From the IMG/VR virus record IMGVR_UViG_3300032242_000714, positions 1 through 58,878 of that record: a stretch of 58,878 nucleotides of DNA, one strand, 5' to 3'. This DNA is from a virus. Lineage: Duplodnaviria; Caudoviricetes. Below are positions 9,124 through 20,710 of this stretch, one piece after another. Both the position numbers and the translations under genes were made by a program. Under the pieces are notes generated by a model, which saw nothing but the letters and a program-made list of their open reading frames with translations, had not been told where the DNA came from and searched no databases. Position 1 is the stretch's first letter. Each line of letters starts with the position of its first letter.

Positions 9124-10148
9124 CCAAACGCATAGGCTTTGCCTGTAAGTGGATCGATCGTGCAGATCAAGTAGACGGTATTAAATCATCAGATGATTGT
9201 AAACAATTCAACACAGGTAGTACAACTGTCACCTGGCTTAACCGTCAAACCCGTGAAGTAGCAGAACAAAAACTTTGGGACTTAATGGTACAAAACATTG
9301 AGTCAGTTCGTAAACTTATAGAAAGAGTAGGAACCCTAGATGACCATTTACGCATGGTACGTATTGGCAGTGATATACTGCCTGTGTACACTCACGATGA
9401 TTGGATGTATTTCTGGCGCAGGACTGATGTCATTAACTACTGCGAAAAACACTTCCGAGAGGCAGGCGATATTGCTCGGCTACGGAACGTTCGCTTGTCT
9501 TTCCATCCTGGCCAGTTTACTGTCCTGGCATCGGACAATCCAGATATTGTCAACAGAAGTATAATGGAGTTTGAGTATCATGCAGATATGGCCCGTTGGA
9601 TGGGATTTGGTAGACAATTCCAGGACTTCAAGATCAATGTACACATTGCCGGACGTAGAGGCCCCCAAGGTATCCGAGACGTCCTCCCTCGACTCTCTCC
9701 AGAAGCCAGAAACTGTCTTACAATCGAAAACGATGAAATGTCCTGGGGCCTGGACGCCAGCCTTGAGCTTGGTCGAGATGTCGCCTTGGTTTTGGACATA
9801 CACCACCACTGGATCAATACAGGAGAGTATATATCACCACAGGATGATAGATGTTTACGTGTAATTGATAGTTGGCGTGGTGTCAGACCTGTAATACACT
9901 ACTCTGTTAGTAGAGAAGATGTTGTAGTAGGACATGAGTTGGTTACTCGCCCTAATTTGCCTGTATTATTAGAATCTGGCTACAAAAAACAAAAACTGCG
10001 GGCCCATAGTAATTTCTATTGGAACACCGCAGTTAATGAGTGGGCACTTGAGTTCACAGATAATTTTGATATTATGTGTGAATCCAAAGCCAAAAACTTA
10101 GCAAGTTTTGCTCTTGCCAAGCAGGCTAAAGAATTAAATCTTCTTTGA
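9120..10148 (+). CDS. uvsE: UV DNA damage endonuclease (UVDE)
   Basis: RIGFAC, RLSFHPGQFTVL, NVH, IEND, LDIHHH, IHYS, RAHS, MCESKAK motifs. Confidence 0.92.
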   Translation: MTKRIGFACKWIDRADQVDGIKSSDDCKQFNTGSTTVTWLNRQTREVAEQKLWDLMVQNIESVRKLIERVGTLDDHLRMVRIGSDILPVYTHDDWMYFWRRTDVINYCEKHFREAGDIARLRNVRLSFHPGQFTVLASDNPDIVNRSIMEFEYHADMARWMGFGRQFQDFKINVHIAGRRGPQGIRDVLPRLSPEARNCLTIENDEMSWGLDASLELGRDVALVLDIHHHWINTGEYISPQDDRCLRVIDSWRGVRPVIHYSVSREDVVVGHELVTRPNLPVLLESGYKKQKLRAHSNFYWNTAVNEWALEFTDNFDIMCESKAKNLASFALAKQAKELNLL

Positions 10149-10478
10149 TTTTGTTCTTGCTTTAGGAGTAGCCTTGGCCTTTGGTGCTGCCTTTGGCTTG
10201 GCTACTTTAGGAGCGGCGGCTTTAGGAGTACGTGGCTTGCGTGGCTTCTTGGCAGGTTCTGCAACCTGAACTGTTTCAAGGTCAAGTGCAACAGATACTG
10301 GATCTAGTGTAGTCTTGGCCTCTACCTGCACTTCTTCTTTAGCGGCAAACTTAATACCGTTGTCAGAAGATACTGTTTCTACTTTATAAGGTGCTTCTGT
10401 TGTTTTAGTTGATCTTGTGCTCTTAATAAGCAAATAACCAATAACGAGAATAAAAGCACCACCGATAAATAATTCCAT
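10134..10478 (-). CDS. Membrane-anchored protein with histone H1-like K/A/P-rich tail
   Basis: Start MELFIGGAFILVIGYLLI (TM) with AGGA SD; C-terminal KKPRKPRTPKAAAPKVAKPKAAPK; TATAAATA on minus strand at 10514-10507. Confidence 0.7.
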   Translation of the reverse strand: MELFIGGAFILVIGYLLIKSTRSTKTTEAPYKVETVSSDNGIKFAAKEEVQVEAKTTLDPVSVALDLETVQVAEPAKKPRKPRTPKAAAPKVAKPKAAPKAKATPKARTKSKKI

Positions 10479-10542
10479 GATAGGATTCCTTTCAATTAAG
10501 TACGTATATTTATAACACTGGAAATTATAGGTAAATATTTTC

Positions 10543-11103
10543 ATGTATAATTTTATAAAACGAGTCATTCAGGAAGGAAAGGGCCACGAGCCGTTAAAAC
10601 AAATTACGTTAGACTACGATCGGAAAGAGTTAGATCCGGCACTAAGTGAAGACACCTTAGATTATCATTTTGGTAAATTATACAAAGCCTATGTTGATCG
10701 ATTTAACAAAGGCGAAGGTGATCCAGATTTTAATGAAGCAGGTGCTTTCTTACATAGCATTTACTTTAGTCAGTTTCAAGAGTACAGCACAGGCAATAAA
10801 CCGTCAGGAATTGCCTTAGAATTCATTGAAAAGCATCACAAATCTTGGGATAAATTTAAAGAATCCTTTGAAGAAATTGCTATGAAGATACAGGGTAGTG
10901 GCTGGGCCTATCTTGCCAAAGACGGTAAAATCAAAACAATTATCAACCACGAAATTAAAAATGATATTATTCTATTGATAGATTGGTGGGAACACGCATG
11001 GGCTCTCGACTATCAAGCAGATAAAAAGAAATATCTTACCAACCAATGGAAGATTATAAACTGGGAAATCATCAACATAAGACTTCTGCCAATTTCCAAA
11101 TAA
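10543..11103 (+). CDS. Fe/Mn superoxide dismutase family protein
   Basis: LDP.LS..TLDYH, FLH, QGSGWAYL, DWWEHA motifs. Confidence 0.88.
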   Translation: MYNFIKRVIQEGKGHEPLKQITLDYDRKELDPALSEDTLDYHFGKLYKAYVDRFNKGEGDPDFNEAGAFLHSIYFSQFQEYSTGNKPSGIALEFIEKHHKSWDKFKESFEEIAMKIQGSGWAYLAKDGKIKTIINHEIKNDIILLIDWWEHAWALDYQADKKKYLTNQWKIINWEIINIRLLPISK

Positions 11104-11151
11104 ATACTTGTTAAGCGACATTTGCTAATAACACAGCAGTTTAAGCCTGAA

Positions 11152-11157
11152 TAAATA
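11152..11157 (+). promoter_or_regulatory. Late promoter motif TAAATA for the structural block (second copy at 11101-11106)
   Basis: Core of the T4 late promoter TATAAATA; recurs in intergenic gaps across the window. Confidence 0.65.
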
Positions 11158-11175
11158 TGGCTAACAGAGGAAATT

Positions 11176-14100
11176 ATGGCTACTAATCAACAACTGATCA
11201 ATATCGGAAGTCAACCAAATGACGGGACAGGCGACAGCATTTATACCGCCTTTCAAAAGGTAAATCAAAACTTCACTGATGTTTACTCATTGCTTGGATT
11301 TGGTGCGAGTTTCAGTTTTTTACGATTAAAAGAAGCACCCACAAGTTTAACTCCTGGTGCATTGTTAGGTGTTAACCAGTACGGTACAAAGATACAAAAT
11401 GTTACTTTGTACGAAAGCACCGGTATTCATATTGTTACCAGTGCTACCGGTCTTGTAATTTCAAACTCAGCCAGTAGTCTCAAATCTGATACAGCGCCTA
11501 CTTTAGCAGGTGACTTAAATGCACAAGGTACATTTAATTTAGTTAATATCTATCCAGGTGCTCCTACCAATGATTACGATGCTACTACCCGTAGATGGGT
11601 CTATGATCATTTTGTATCAAGAAACGGTTATGTATTGACAGGCACTAACAGTATCTCATCTAGTACAATCAACGAAAATATTGAACTACTACAGTATCCA
11701 CCAACTACTTCTACTCATCTTGTTAATAAACAATATGCTGATACTAAGATTGGCCTAGCAGGTATATCTACTATCGACGAATTTACTGGCATGGCTAATT
11801 CCATATTTGGAACAATGACTGGTGCATTATATCTGTTTAGAGATCCTATCGAAACTGATCATCCTAGCCAAGCGGCTACAAAGGCTTATGTTGATTCATC
11901 TAGTTTTGTAAGTCCAGTAAACTATTATGTTTCTTTAAGTGGCGATGATAACCAGTTTAGTACTCCGGTGCGTAAGAGAGGTAGAGGGCCTGCGTATTCA
12001 TTTAAGACTATTAACAGAGCCGCAAGAGCCGCTGAACAGTTTATCGAAGCCAGTCAAATTATCCTAGGCCCTTATAAGAAAACAATCACATACAATAATA
12101 CTATAAATGCCGCCACTATCGGAACTATTGTTGCAAGTCCTGTACTCGATGCTACCCTATTTGGTGTTAGATTGACTTTATTAGGAATGGGTGCTAATGG
12201 CTCTGACCCATATAAAAATAGCAGTATTTTTCCTGGACAGTATATCATTGGTGATGAAAGCGAAGCAGTTGCCTTAATTGAAGCAATTAATGTCGATATC
12301 AATGGAAACGAAATCTATGATGTTGTTCCTGTAGACTATGCTAAAACATATAATGTTCCAATTTCACCAAACGGTGTAAACACAGTTACAACATTTACGT
12401 TTATGCCAAGTGACTTAATAGAAGTGCAAGACTTCTGGGTAGGTTATAAATTTACAGTTTCAAATGGTTCAGGCAGTGTTTTAAGTTATGGATACATTAC
12501 AGCAGTCAGTGATGCAGTTGACGGATCAGGTAATCTTGTAAACACTATTACTGTAGATTTTACACTAGGAGTTGGTTTACAAAGCAGTAATCAAATTGCT
12601 GGAGACCGTTGGCATGTGTTTGCTGGAGATTTCCAAACTAACGAACAATTGCAATTTGGTCAGTTAGAACAACTTAACCAATGCTGTATTTTCTTAGAGT
12701 CAGGCGATCATGCAGATCAATATCCAATTAGACTAGCAGATAATGTGTCTGTTCGTGGCGATGAATTTAGACGAAGCATTATTCGTCCAGGTGTTGTTCA
12801 AGGAACTCGTAAACCTAGTATTTCTTCAAGTAAATGGGTTAACACTTATTTCTATAGAGATACTCAAATTGATGGTATTATTACAACACAACTGAGTACA
12901 GGTACAAATTATGCCCCAGTTGGTGCTAGTATCAAAATTAATTCTTTAACCAACGATCCAGTAACTGGTGTTGTAGTTGTTTCTGTGTATGACGGTAGTG
13001 GCAATCCTTTAACTGTATCAAACAGTTTTATAGGTAAGGTTTTAGTATTAGGTGGTAGTTCATTAGGCAACGGTGTTATCAGTTCTGTCAGTGCTAATAC
13101 ATTCTCTGTTATACTTGCTCAAAATTCTAACTTTAATCAACAGATTGAAAACTATACCGTTGGCAATTCAATTGCTACAGGTAATTGGTATATCTACAGT
13201 CCTATAAGTTACGGTTATCATTACTTACGTGATGCTAGTCGTCCACTTAATCTGTTAACCACTGTCACCAACTATGGTGGATTAAATCAAGCGGCTCAGT
13301 TATTAAATGATAATAAATCATTTATTCAAAATCAAACAGTTGCCTATATTAAACATTTTTATCCAGGTTTTACTTCTACAGCAACTTACAGCACTGATAT
13401 AGGATATATTGTTGATGCTCTTGTTCACGATATGCAGACTGGAGGAAACAATTGGACCATTAATGTAGGGGATCAATATAAAACAATATCTTCAACTGCA
13501 ACTGATTATATAAATGTACTTGGCCAACAGATCATTCAAAATACTACTTCTACTGTTTATGATACATTATCTCATCAGGTATTTGACTACACACTGATGG
13601 CAGAAGATGTTGCTCCTGCTGTATTGACTGACCTTGTGCAAGCATGTAGCAGAATTATTGATAACAATCCTGCATTTAACCCTTCTTTATATAACGACCA
13701 ATTAGACGTGTTCTTAATGAATGACGCTACAATGTTGCGTTATCTCAGTGGACAAGGTCACGGTGGTTTCATGAAGGTGTTAGATCCGTTTGGTCAGATT
13801 AAAGCCAAATCTCCTTACACACAAACTGCTTCTTCATTTAGTAAGAGTTATAACAGACATGTGTTCAGTGGCGGTATATTTGTTGACGGCTTTGCAGGAA
13901 ACTTACCTATTGTTCCGGCAACTGTTACAAACGATAGTAACAATAATCCTGTGCAAGTTAATGTTACCGCTCATGGTGGATTAGGGAGGCCAGCAATAAC
14001 AACCAGTACATCTGTAATGTACGAAAAACCAGAAGCACCTTGTTTCTTTGTACAGAATGGTGTGACTTATGAAGTAGACTTTATTAGTAATTTTAGTCCA

Positions 14101-17100
14101 TTGAACGGTACTGGTACATTAAACTTAAACCCTCATAGACCGGGAGGTATCAGTGTTGTAACAGGTATTGTAGCAACAGGATTTCAAACCAGTGCTGGTA
14201 ATATTTCGATTCCAGTTAGATTCGGCAATCCAACTCAAGCAGGCGGATTAACCTCAACAGGTACCGCAACATTAAATGCCAGCGGTAATGTAACTGCCAT
14301 TAATATCAGTTTTCCAGGCAGCGGATATGTTAATGGAACATTCAATCAAAGTAACGCAAACTGTCCAGTTATAATTTTTGGCGGTGCTCGTTTAAGTTGG
14401 ACAATTAATAACACTGGCGGTATTTCAAACTACTCAATTATTGACGGCGGTGCTGGTTATGCTGTGGGAACACAAATCAATTTCCCACAAGAAGGAAATG
14501 GTACTCCGGCCACTGCTACTGTAAACGGTGTAGATGTTAATGGTGCTATCACTTCAATATCTATTAGTTCTGCAGGAACAGGATATACAACTGATCCTCA
14601 GGTAACATTTGGTACAGGACTAGCATATACTGTAACAGTTAAACCTGGTTTGATTACAACAACAAACTATCCATTACCAAGTAGCATAACATTGGTCACT
14701 GCTGGTAATCGTAGTATGTTGGCTAATGACTATACTCAGATTAACGATTTAGGTTATGGTATCTTTGTTACTAATGGTGGTTTCATGGAAAACGTTTCCA
14801 TGTTCACTTATTATTGCCATAGTTCATATTATGCACTAAATGGCGCCCAGGTTAGAACTATTACAGGTTCTACTGCTTACGGACAATATGGTATTATTTC
14901 TGAAGGTAGCGATCCTACTGAAGTACCCATTCCTGTTAGAAACAAATATGCAACTACTCAAATTGGTACAGTTAATGCTACAGGAACCTATACCAACACT
15001 CTTAACGAAGCAACAATTTATGTTGGTAGTTTAAGTTATCCACCTTTGGCACAAAGTCAATTAGAAATTAATCACAGTGGTGTATGGAAAACTTATAACA
15101 TTAAGAGTGCGGCACAAGATCCTATTACTACAGGATTGTATAATTTAAGTATCGACGACGGCGCAGGCAACGGATTATATGCGGCAGTAACAAACGGTAC
15201 AAAGGTAATTGTTCGTCAATATTATGATCAAATATTAATGGACCTTAATGCTTCAACATTAACTCGTCCTAGTACTGTTCTTACATACAACGAAGATCCT
15301 ACTCATGTATATAGAGTTCTTCAATTTACAGACCAGGGTGGAAATAATGCCTTAGCAGAAGGAGATGCTCCTTACAATTATATTATATTAAGCCCATACA
15401 CAGAAGGCGGCTTATATAAACAAGGTCTAGGAAATATAACATTTACAAATACAGGATCTGGATATACACCAGGTGCTCATGTAACTGCGGTTATTCCTGC
15501 ACCAAACTTTACTAGTCAAACTGCTAGCGTAACATCGAGTTCAATAGCAATTGATTTAATTACTATCAGCGGCAGGGCTGGGCCTATCCATATTGGTTCT
15601 AGAGTAACAGTTGCTGGAGGCGGAGATCCAGGCGGTGTACCAACTTACGTAAATTGGGTTAATTCTAGTCAAACTCAGATCAGAGTCAGTAATGCTACTA
15701 CCTGGGCCGCAGGCACATTAACATTTACAAATGTGCAGGCCAGCGGTTATGGTATTGCCGATAGTAATGGTCATATTTCACAATTAGTATTAACTGAATC
15801 AGGAGTAGGCTACGATTACACTTCTCCAGTAAGTATTACATTCACCGGTAGTGGCGGATCAAGTGCCGCCGCAACTGCAAAGGTAGCAGGTATTGCTGGA
15901 AGTAAAACAATTAAGGTAGTTGAATTATCATCTACTGACCAAGCAAGAATTGCCGGAGGCACTACTTACATATTTGGTTTTGAAGGCGATATCTATCAAA
16001 TTACAAGTTACACTTCTCAAAGTGCAACAGGCAATGCTTGGGCAGAAGTAGGTGTTCAAAGATATAGCGATTCAGCCGCACTACAATACGAAGTCGGAAG
16101 CAATGTATTAAAAGCAGGTATTACTGGGAATCAGTCAGGTGGTATTACTGTAAGAATATCTACTATACGTGCTACATCACACGATATGATTGATGTAGGT
16201 ACTGGCGGATACGCAGACAGTAAGATTCCAAATGATCTGTATGGTCCTCCATTAAATGCTCCTGATTCTTCTAAACAGGTTAGACAAATTGGAAAAGGTC
16301 GTGCTTATTATGTAACAACTGATCAGGACGGTAATTTTAGAGTTGGTAATTATTTCTCAGTTGATCAAGGACGCGGTACTGTAAGTATCAGTGCTCCGAT
16401 CAGTTTGACCAATGTTGATGGTCTAAGTTTCAAACGTGGCCAAACACTTGTTCAAGTATTCAGCGTTGACGGTACAATGGGTAACGAATCTAATAACTCT
16501 GTTCCAACAGAGAAAGCAATTGTTACCTACGTTGATAGTCGATTAGGCCTAAACAAAAATAACACCACAGCAGGTATTACTCCAATAGGATCTGGATACC
16601 TAGACTTAGGCGGTATACGAGCCATGGCTGCTGATTTGAACATAGGCGGATTTCGTCTTAAAAATCTTGCGGCGCCGGTAATAGGTGCAGATGCGGCAAC
16701 CAAATCATATGCTGATACCAAGTTAAGTCGTTCAGGAACATTTGATGTATTAGGTGTAGGTGCTGGTACAATCAGCGGTCCTATCTTAACAAACGAAATT
16801 ACTCCAAATGCTGACAATACATACTGGCTAGGAACAAATTCTAATAGATGGAGTAATATTGCTACAGTAAATCTCAGTGCTGATAAACTGTACGATAATG
16901 GAATAAGAGTAATTACAACAGTTAATACAGGAACTGGTGTATATGGCGGCGGAACTGGCCCGTCAATTACGTTAAGTATAGGACAAAATGTTACTACAGA
17001 CTCTACACCTACATTTGCAGGTATTGCTAAATCAGGAACTAACGGTACTGGAGACATTGGCCAAACCGGAAATAGATTTGGTACAGTATGGGCAACAACA

Positions 17101-17502
17101 TTTAGTGGAGTAGCAACAACAGCACAATATGCTGACTTGGCAGAAAAATATATGCCAGATCGTGAATACGAGCCAGGTACAGTATTAGTATTCGGCGGCG
17201 ATGCTGAAGTTACTATTGCTAATAGTTATATGGATACAAGAATAGCGGGAGTTGTTTCTACAAATCCTGCTTACATGATGAACTCGGATCAGGAAGGCGG
17301 TGTGTATGTTGCACTACAAGGACGAGTTCCATGTAAAGTAACAGGTAAAATACGAAAAGGTGATATGTTAGTTGCCGCAGGTGGATTAGGTGTAGCAACA
17401 GCCAGTGACAATCCTAAGATGGGATCTGTTATAGGCAAGGCTTTAGAAAACTATGACAGCCATGATATAGGTATCATAGAAGTTGTAGTAGGGAGAATCT
17501 AA
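11176..17502 (+). CDS. Very large virion structural protein (tail fibre/baseplate-like) with C-terminal autocleaving chaperone-like domain
   Basis: N-terminal INIGSQPNDGTGD..AFQKVNQNF (T4 gp9/10-like start), AATKAYVD fibre repeats, G.GY repeats, C-terminal YADLAEKY...GRVPCKV...IGKALE. Confidence 0.8.
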   Translation: MATNQQLINIGSQPNDGTGDSIYTAFQKVNQNFTDVYSLLGFGASFSFLRLKEAPTSLTPGALLGVNQYGTKIQNVTLYESTGIHIVTSATGLVISNSASSLKSDTAPTLAGDLNAQGTFNLVNIYPGAPTNDYDATTRRWVYDHFVSRNGYVLTGTNSISSSTINENIELLQYPPTTSTHLVNKQYADTKIGLAGISTIDEFTGMANSIFGTMTGALYLFRDPIETDHPSQAATKAYVDSSSFVSPVNYYVSLSGDDNQFSTPVRKRGRGPAYSFKTINRAARAAEQFIEASQIILGPYKKTITYNNTINAATIGTIVASPVLDATLFGVRLTLLGMGANGSDPYKNSSIFPGQYIIGDESEAVALIEAINVDINGNEIYDVVPVDYAKTYNVPISPNGVNTVTTFTFMPSDLIEVQDFWVGYKFTVSNGSGSVLSYGYITAVSDAVDGSGNLVNTITVDFTLGVGLQSSNQIAGDRWHVFAGDFQTNEQLQFGQLEQLNQCCIFLESGDHADQYPIRLADNVSVRGDEFRRSIIRPGVVQGTRKPSISSSKWVNTYFYRDTQIDGIITTQLSTGTNYAPVGASIKINSLTNDPVTGVVVVSVYDGSGNPLTVSNSFIGKVLVLGGSSLGNGVISSVSANTFSVILAQNSNFNQQIENYTVGNSIATGNWYIYSPISYGYHYLRDASRPLNLLTTVTNYGGLNQAAQLLNDNKSFIQNQTVAYIKHFYPGFTSTATYSTDIGYIVDALVHDMQTGGNNWTINVGDQYKTISSTATDYINVLGQQIIQNTTSTVYDTLSHQVFDYTLMAEDVAPAVLTDLVQACSRIIDNNPAFNPSLYNDQLDVFLMNDATMLRYLSGQGHGGFMKVLDPFGQIKAKSPYTQTASSFSKSYNRHVFSGGIFVDGFAGNLPIVPATVTNDSNNNPVQVNVTAHGGLGRPAITTSTSVMYEKPEAPCFFVQNGVTYEVDFISNFSPLNGTGTLNLNPHRPGGISVVTGIVATGFQTSAGNISIPVRFGNPTQAGGLTSTGTATLNASGNVTAINISFPGSGYVNGTFNQSNANCPVIIFGGARLSWTINNTGGISNYSIIDGGAGYAVGTQINFPQEGNGTPATATVNGVDVNGAITSISISSAGTGYTTDPQVTFGTGLAYTVTVKPGLITTTNYPLPSSITLVTAGNRSMLANDYTQINDLGYGIFVTNGGFMENVSMFTYYCHSSYYALNGAQVRTITGSTAYGQYGIISEGSDPTEVPIPVRNKYATTQIGTVNATGTYTNTLNEATIYVGSLSYPPLAQSQLEINHSGVWKTYNIKSAAQDPITTGLYNLSIDDGAGNGLYAAVTNGTKVIVRQYYDQILMDLNASTLTRPSTVLTYNEDPTHVYRVLQFTDQGGNNALAEGDAPYNYIILSPYTEGGLYKQGLGNITFTNTGSGYTPGAHVTAVIPAPNFTSQTASVTSSSIAIDLITISGRAGPIHIGSRVTVAGGGDPGGVPTYVNWVNSSQTQIRVSNATTWAAGTLTFTNVQASGYGIADSNGHISQLVLTESGVGYDYTSPVSITFTGSGGSSAAATAKVAGIAGSKTIKVVELSSTDQARIAGGTTYIFGFEGDIYQITSYTSQSATGNAWAEVGVQRYSDSAALQYEVGSNVLKAGITGNQSGGITVRISTIRATSHDMIDVGTGGYADSKIPNDLYGPPLNAPDSSKQVRQIGKGRAYYVTTDQDGNFRVGNYFSVDQGRGTVSISAPISLTNVDGLSFKRGQTLVQVFSVDGTMGNESNNSVPTEKAIVTYVDSRLGLNKNNTTAGITPIGSGYLDLGGIRAMAADLNIGGFRLKNLAAPVIGADAATKSYADTKLSRSGTFDVLGVGAGTISGPILTNEITPNADNTYWLGTNSNRWSNIATVNLSADKLYDNGIRVITTVNTGTGVYGGGTGPSITLSIGQNVTTDSTPTFAGIAKSGTNGTGDIGQTGNRFGTVWATTFSGVATTAQYADLAEKYMPDREYEPGTVLVFGGDAEVTIANSYMDTRIAGVVSTNPAYMMNSDQEGGVYVALQGRVPCKVTGKIRKGDMLVAAGGLGVATASDNPKMGSVIGKALENYDSHDIGIIEVVVGRI

Positions 17503-18125
17503 TGGCATTAGTTTATATCAATACTGGCTCATCATCGAACGCAGGCAACGGGGATACATTAAGAGTTGCTTTTACAAAAATCAACGGAATGTTTAGAGAA
17601 TTATATTCTTCTTTAATTCCACAAGTTGCTACTGCATCAACCGCGGGTCTAGTTAAACCAGGTATAGGATTAAGCGTTGGCGGAGATGGATCTTTAAGTG
17701 TAACAGGTGAAGCATCTACATCAACACTAACAATATTAGACAATCAAGGAATTGCCCGTATAGACATTGTTTCGTATTCGGGTACAGCAACACTATCTAA
17801 CAATACAATTACTCCTACACCATTGTTCACATTTGATAAAACAAAATATTACAATGCCAGTATAGATATATTTGCTACAGATACTACAGATAATACTCAA
17901 GATATAGGGAGTGGCTATACTGTATCTTGGTGGGGAAATAGTGCCAGTGTAATAGGTCCAGGAATAATCAGTATGGACAATAATGGTCGTACAGACAACG
18001 CTACATGGGATTTAACCAGTGCTACTGTTACTGCTACTGCGGTTACTGTAATAGCAAATAATGTTTCAACTTCAACGAGCCATACAATTAATTGGAAAGC
18101 CAAAGTAAGTTTGTTTAGGATTTAA
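17502..18125 (+). CDS. Virion structural protein
   Basis: N-terminal INTGSSSNAGNGDTLRVAFTKIN baseplate-wedge-like motif; ATASTAGLVKPG fibre motif. Confidence 0.7.
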   Translation: MALVYINTGSSSNAGNGDTLRVAFTKINGMFRELYSSLIPQVATASTAGLVKPGIGLSVGGDGSLSVTGEASTSTLTILDNQGIARIDIVSYSGTATLSNNTITPTPLFTFDKTKYYNASIDIFATDTTDNTQDIGSGYTVSWWGNSASVIGPGIISMDNNGRTDNATWDLTSATVTATAVTVIANNVSTSTSHTINWKAKVSLFRI

Positions 18126-18127
18126 AT

Positions 18128-20710
18128 ATGGCGGCTCCAACATGGGTAACATATAATAGTTTTTTAGGAACAATTACACAGCGCACACCTGTTAATATTC
18201 CTATTACTACTAACGGCACAGAAACTAATTTTAGGTTGATTGCTGGAGATTTTCCTCCAGGTCTCCAATTAGACGTAACAACAACTTCAACTTCGGCAAC
18301 AACTACTGCATTTGTTTTTGGATTTGCTGAAACCGTTCCTACACTTACTTCAAACAAATTTGTTATACGTGCATCAAACACCGATGGTATAAATGATAAA
18401 ACATTTCAAATAGATGTTGCAGGAGGAACTCCGCCACTTTGGTCAACTCCGTCAGGATTTTTACCATTAGGTACTAGCGGGGAACAGTTTGTTATTAATC
18501 ATCAAATAGTAGATTATCAACTAATAGCAGAACCTAATTCATTATTAGATGGTATGAAGATGCACTATTATATCCAAGATGGCGATGGTGTATTACCTAA
18601 CGGATTAACATTAACTGAAGATGGTAGGATTATAGGAACAGTAAAGGAAATTACTGTTCAAGATGTTGATGCTAGTCTAAGGCAAAATTTTGGCTACGAT
18701 GGACTTCGCTATGACGGATACGGATATGACAGTGTTAATGTTATTACTGGAATAGCCAATGTACCAAAATTTATTCCAGCAACTCAACAATTTTATGTCA
18801 CAGCATCAGATGGATTTAATACTTCACGACGTTTATTCAAAATACAGGTAGTCGATGCTAATAGTCTAAGAGCAGATACAGCATACATTACTGCCGATGA
18901 AACTTATTTTTTAAGCAACGACAGTTACCTGTTTACACCTAATTGGTTAAATCCTGCAAACCTAGGTGTAAGACGTGCATCTGCTTATCAAATTATTCCT
19001 ATCAATTTATACGATCCTACTCCAAATGAAGGTCCAGTAACCTATAATTGGGATTCTATTACAGTTAATCCAGAAATTCAATGTAGAGCCAGTTCAGCAA
19101 TCAACCCTAATACATATTTTCAAACTACTAATTTAGCAGGACAAAATATACTGACAATAAAAAATGTCAGTAGTTTGCCTCAGATAGGACAACAATTTAG
19201 ATTTGATACTTACTTAACAGGCGTTACGACTACAACATATTCAATAACATCTGTGTCAGGTAACACAAAATTGTGTCGATTAGGTTTTACACAACTAAAC
19301 ACAACTACTAATACACTTGTTGATGACATACCAGATAATAGTTTATTTTATATAGGTAGCCCTAGTGTTCATCCTAAAGGATTTAATTTAGATACAACTG
19401 GCGGGAATCTTTATGGTCAAATTCCTTTCCTACCTTCTTACAGTATTAATTACAAATTTACTGTTAGAATGACAAGAAAGAATAACACTTACGGAGATGT
19501 TACAAAATACGATCGTGTGTTTAGCCTAACATTACAAGGTAATGAAAATAATGATATACAATGGCTAACAACTTCTACTGTTGGTGTTGTTAAAACAGGT
19601 TATCAATGTGAATTATTTGTGCAGGCTCAACATACAACTGCCCCTGACATAAAAATGATCTATAAGTTAGTTGATGGAAATCTACCACCAGGACTAATAT
19701 TTAAGTCAGACGGAACCATTGTAGGAAAAATTCCTTATCAAAATTCAATTACCACTCTTGATGCCGATACAGGTAAATTTGACGAAGGCAGTTTAGATTT
19801 TACAATAGACGGCGGATCTAGTACCATTGACCGCGATTACACATTTACGGTAGAAGCAACTGATGTCTATAGTTCAAGTGCTATTAGTAAACAATTTACA
19901 ATTATCATAGGTGACAATAGTCTAACTCCATTCAGTTCTTTATATGTCAAACCGTTTATGTATAGAGATAAGCGTAAATCTTATCGAAACTTTGTAAATG
20001 ATACAAGCGTCTTTGATCCTCGTGTAATGTACAGACCAAGCGATCCTGCATTTGGTATACAACCCGAAATCAGACTTATTATAGAACACGGATTAGAAAC
20101 ACTGAACCTGGCAGAATATGTATTAGGATTTCAACAATATTTTTACAACAAACGATTCTTCTTTGGTGATATTAAAACACTACCTGCAGAAGATGAGCAT
20201 AGAAATTATGTCTATGATGTTGTCTATGTAGATATTATAGACAGTCAAATGATTGCTAATCGTAGTCCCAATTCTATGAAATTTTTGATAAGTCAAAATG
20301 TTGCATCATACCAAATAGCCAGTATCAATAATTGGCAGAAGGCATTAGAATCTATTCCTATTTTAGGACGTACTATTATGGTAGACGAATACCTGCGTCC
20401 TAGATTTATGCGTACATTACAAAAATCAACAGGTGCTCCTTTGGGATTTATCAAGGCTGTTCCTATTTGCTATACTAAACCGGGACAAGGTGCTACAGTA
20501 GTTGAAAAAGTTAATCTTAGTGGATTTGATTTTAAATTATTAGACTTTGAAGTAGATCGTCTCATTATCACAAATACTATAGATTCCGCTGTCGATAAAT
20601 ATCTCAAGTTCCCAATTACAGATGTAGACAGTCAACGTGTAATAGACGTTATTGCTGGACCAGACGGTATTATTCTACAGACAGAAGACGGACAGGATCT
20701 ATTTACATAA
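18128..20710 (+). CDS. Virion structural protein with putative Ig-like repeats
   Basis: Repeated G.LP.GL.L..DG.I.G motifs (He_PIG-like). Confidence 0.7.
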   Translation: MAAPTWVTYNSFLGTITQRTPVNIPITTNGTETNFRLIAGDFPPGLQLDVTTTSTSATTTAFVFGFAETVPTLTSNKFVIRASNTDGINDKTFQIDVAGGTPPLWSTPSGFLPLGTSGEQFVINHQIVDYQLIAEPNSLLDGMKMHYYIQDGDGVLPNGLTLTEDGRIIGTVKEITVQDVDASLRQNFGYDGLRYDGYGYDSVNVITGIANVPKFIPATQQFYVTASDGFNTSRRLFKIQVVDANSLRADTAYITADETYFLSNDSYLFTPNWLNPANLGVRRASAYQIIPINLYDPTPNEGPVTYNWDSITVNPEIQCRASSAINPNTYFQTTNLAGQNILTIKNVSSLPQIGQQFRFDTYLTGVTTTTYSITSVSGNTKLCRLGFTQLNTTTNTLVDDIPDNSLFYIGSPSVHPKGFNLDTTGGNLYGQIPFLPSYSINYKFTVRMTRKNNTYGDVTKYDRVFSLTLQGNENNDIQWLTTSTVGVVKTGYQCELFVQAQHTTAPDIKMIYKLVDGNLPPGLIFKSDGTIVGKIPYQNSITTLDADTGKFDEGSLDFTIDGGSSTIDRDYTFTVEATDVYSSSAISKQFTIIIGDNSLTPFSSLYVKPFMYRDKRKSYRNFVNDTSVFDPRVMYRPSDPAFGIQPEIRLIIEHGLETLNLAEYVLGFQQYFYNKRFFFGDIKTLPAEDEHRNYVYDVVYVDIIDSQMIANRSPNSMKFLISQNVASYQIASINNWQKALESIPILGRTIMVDEYLRPRFMRTLQKSTGAPLGFIKAVPICYTKPGQGATVVEKVNLSGFDFKLLDFEVDRLIITNTIDSAVDKYLKFPITDVDSQRVIDVIAGPDGIILQTEDGQDLFT

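Noticed and set aside
4085-10148. Bacterial chromosome origin suggested by clpP, PBP, uvsE and sugar genes
   Set aside because: These genes are interspersed with phage-type hypotheticals and contiguous with virion, T4-like replication and lysis genes under shared promoter motifs
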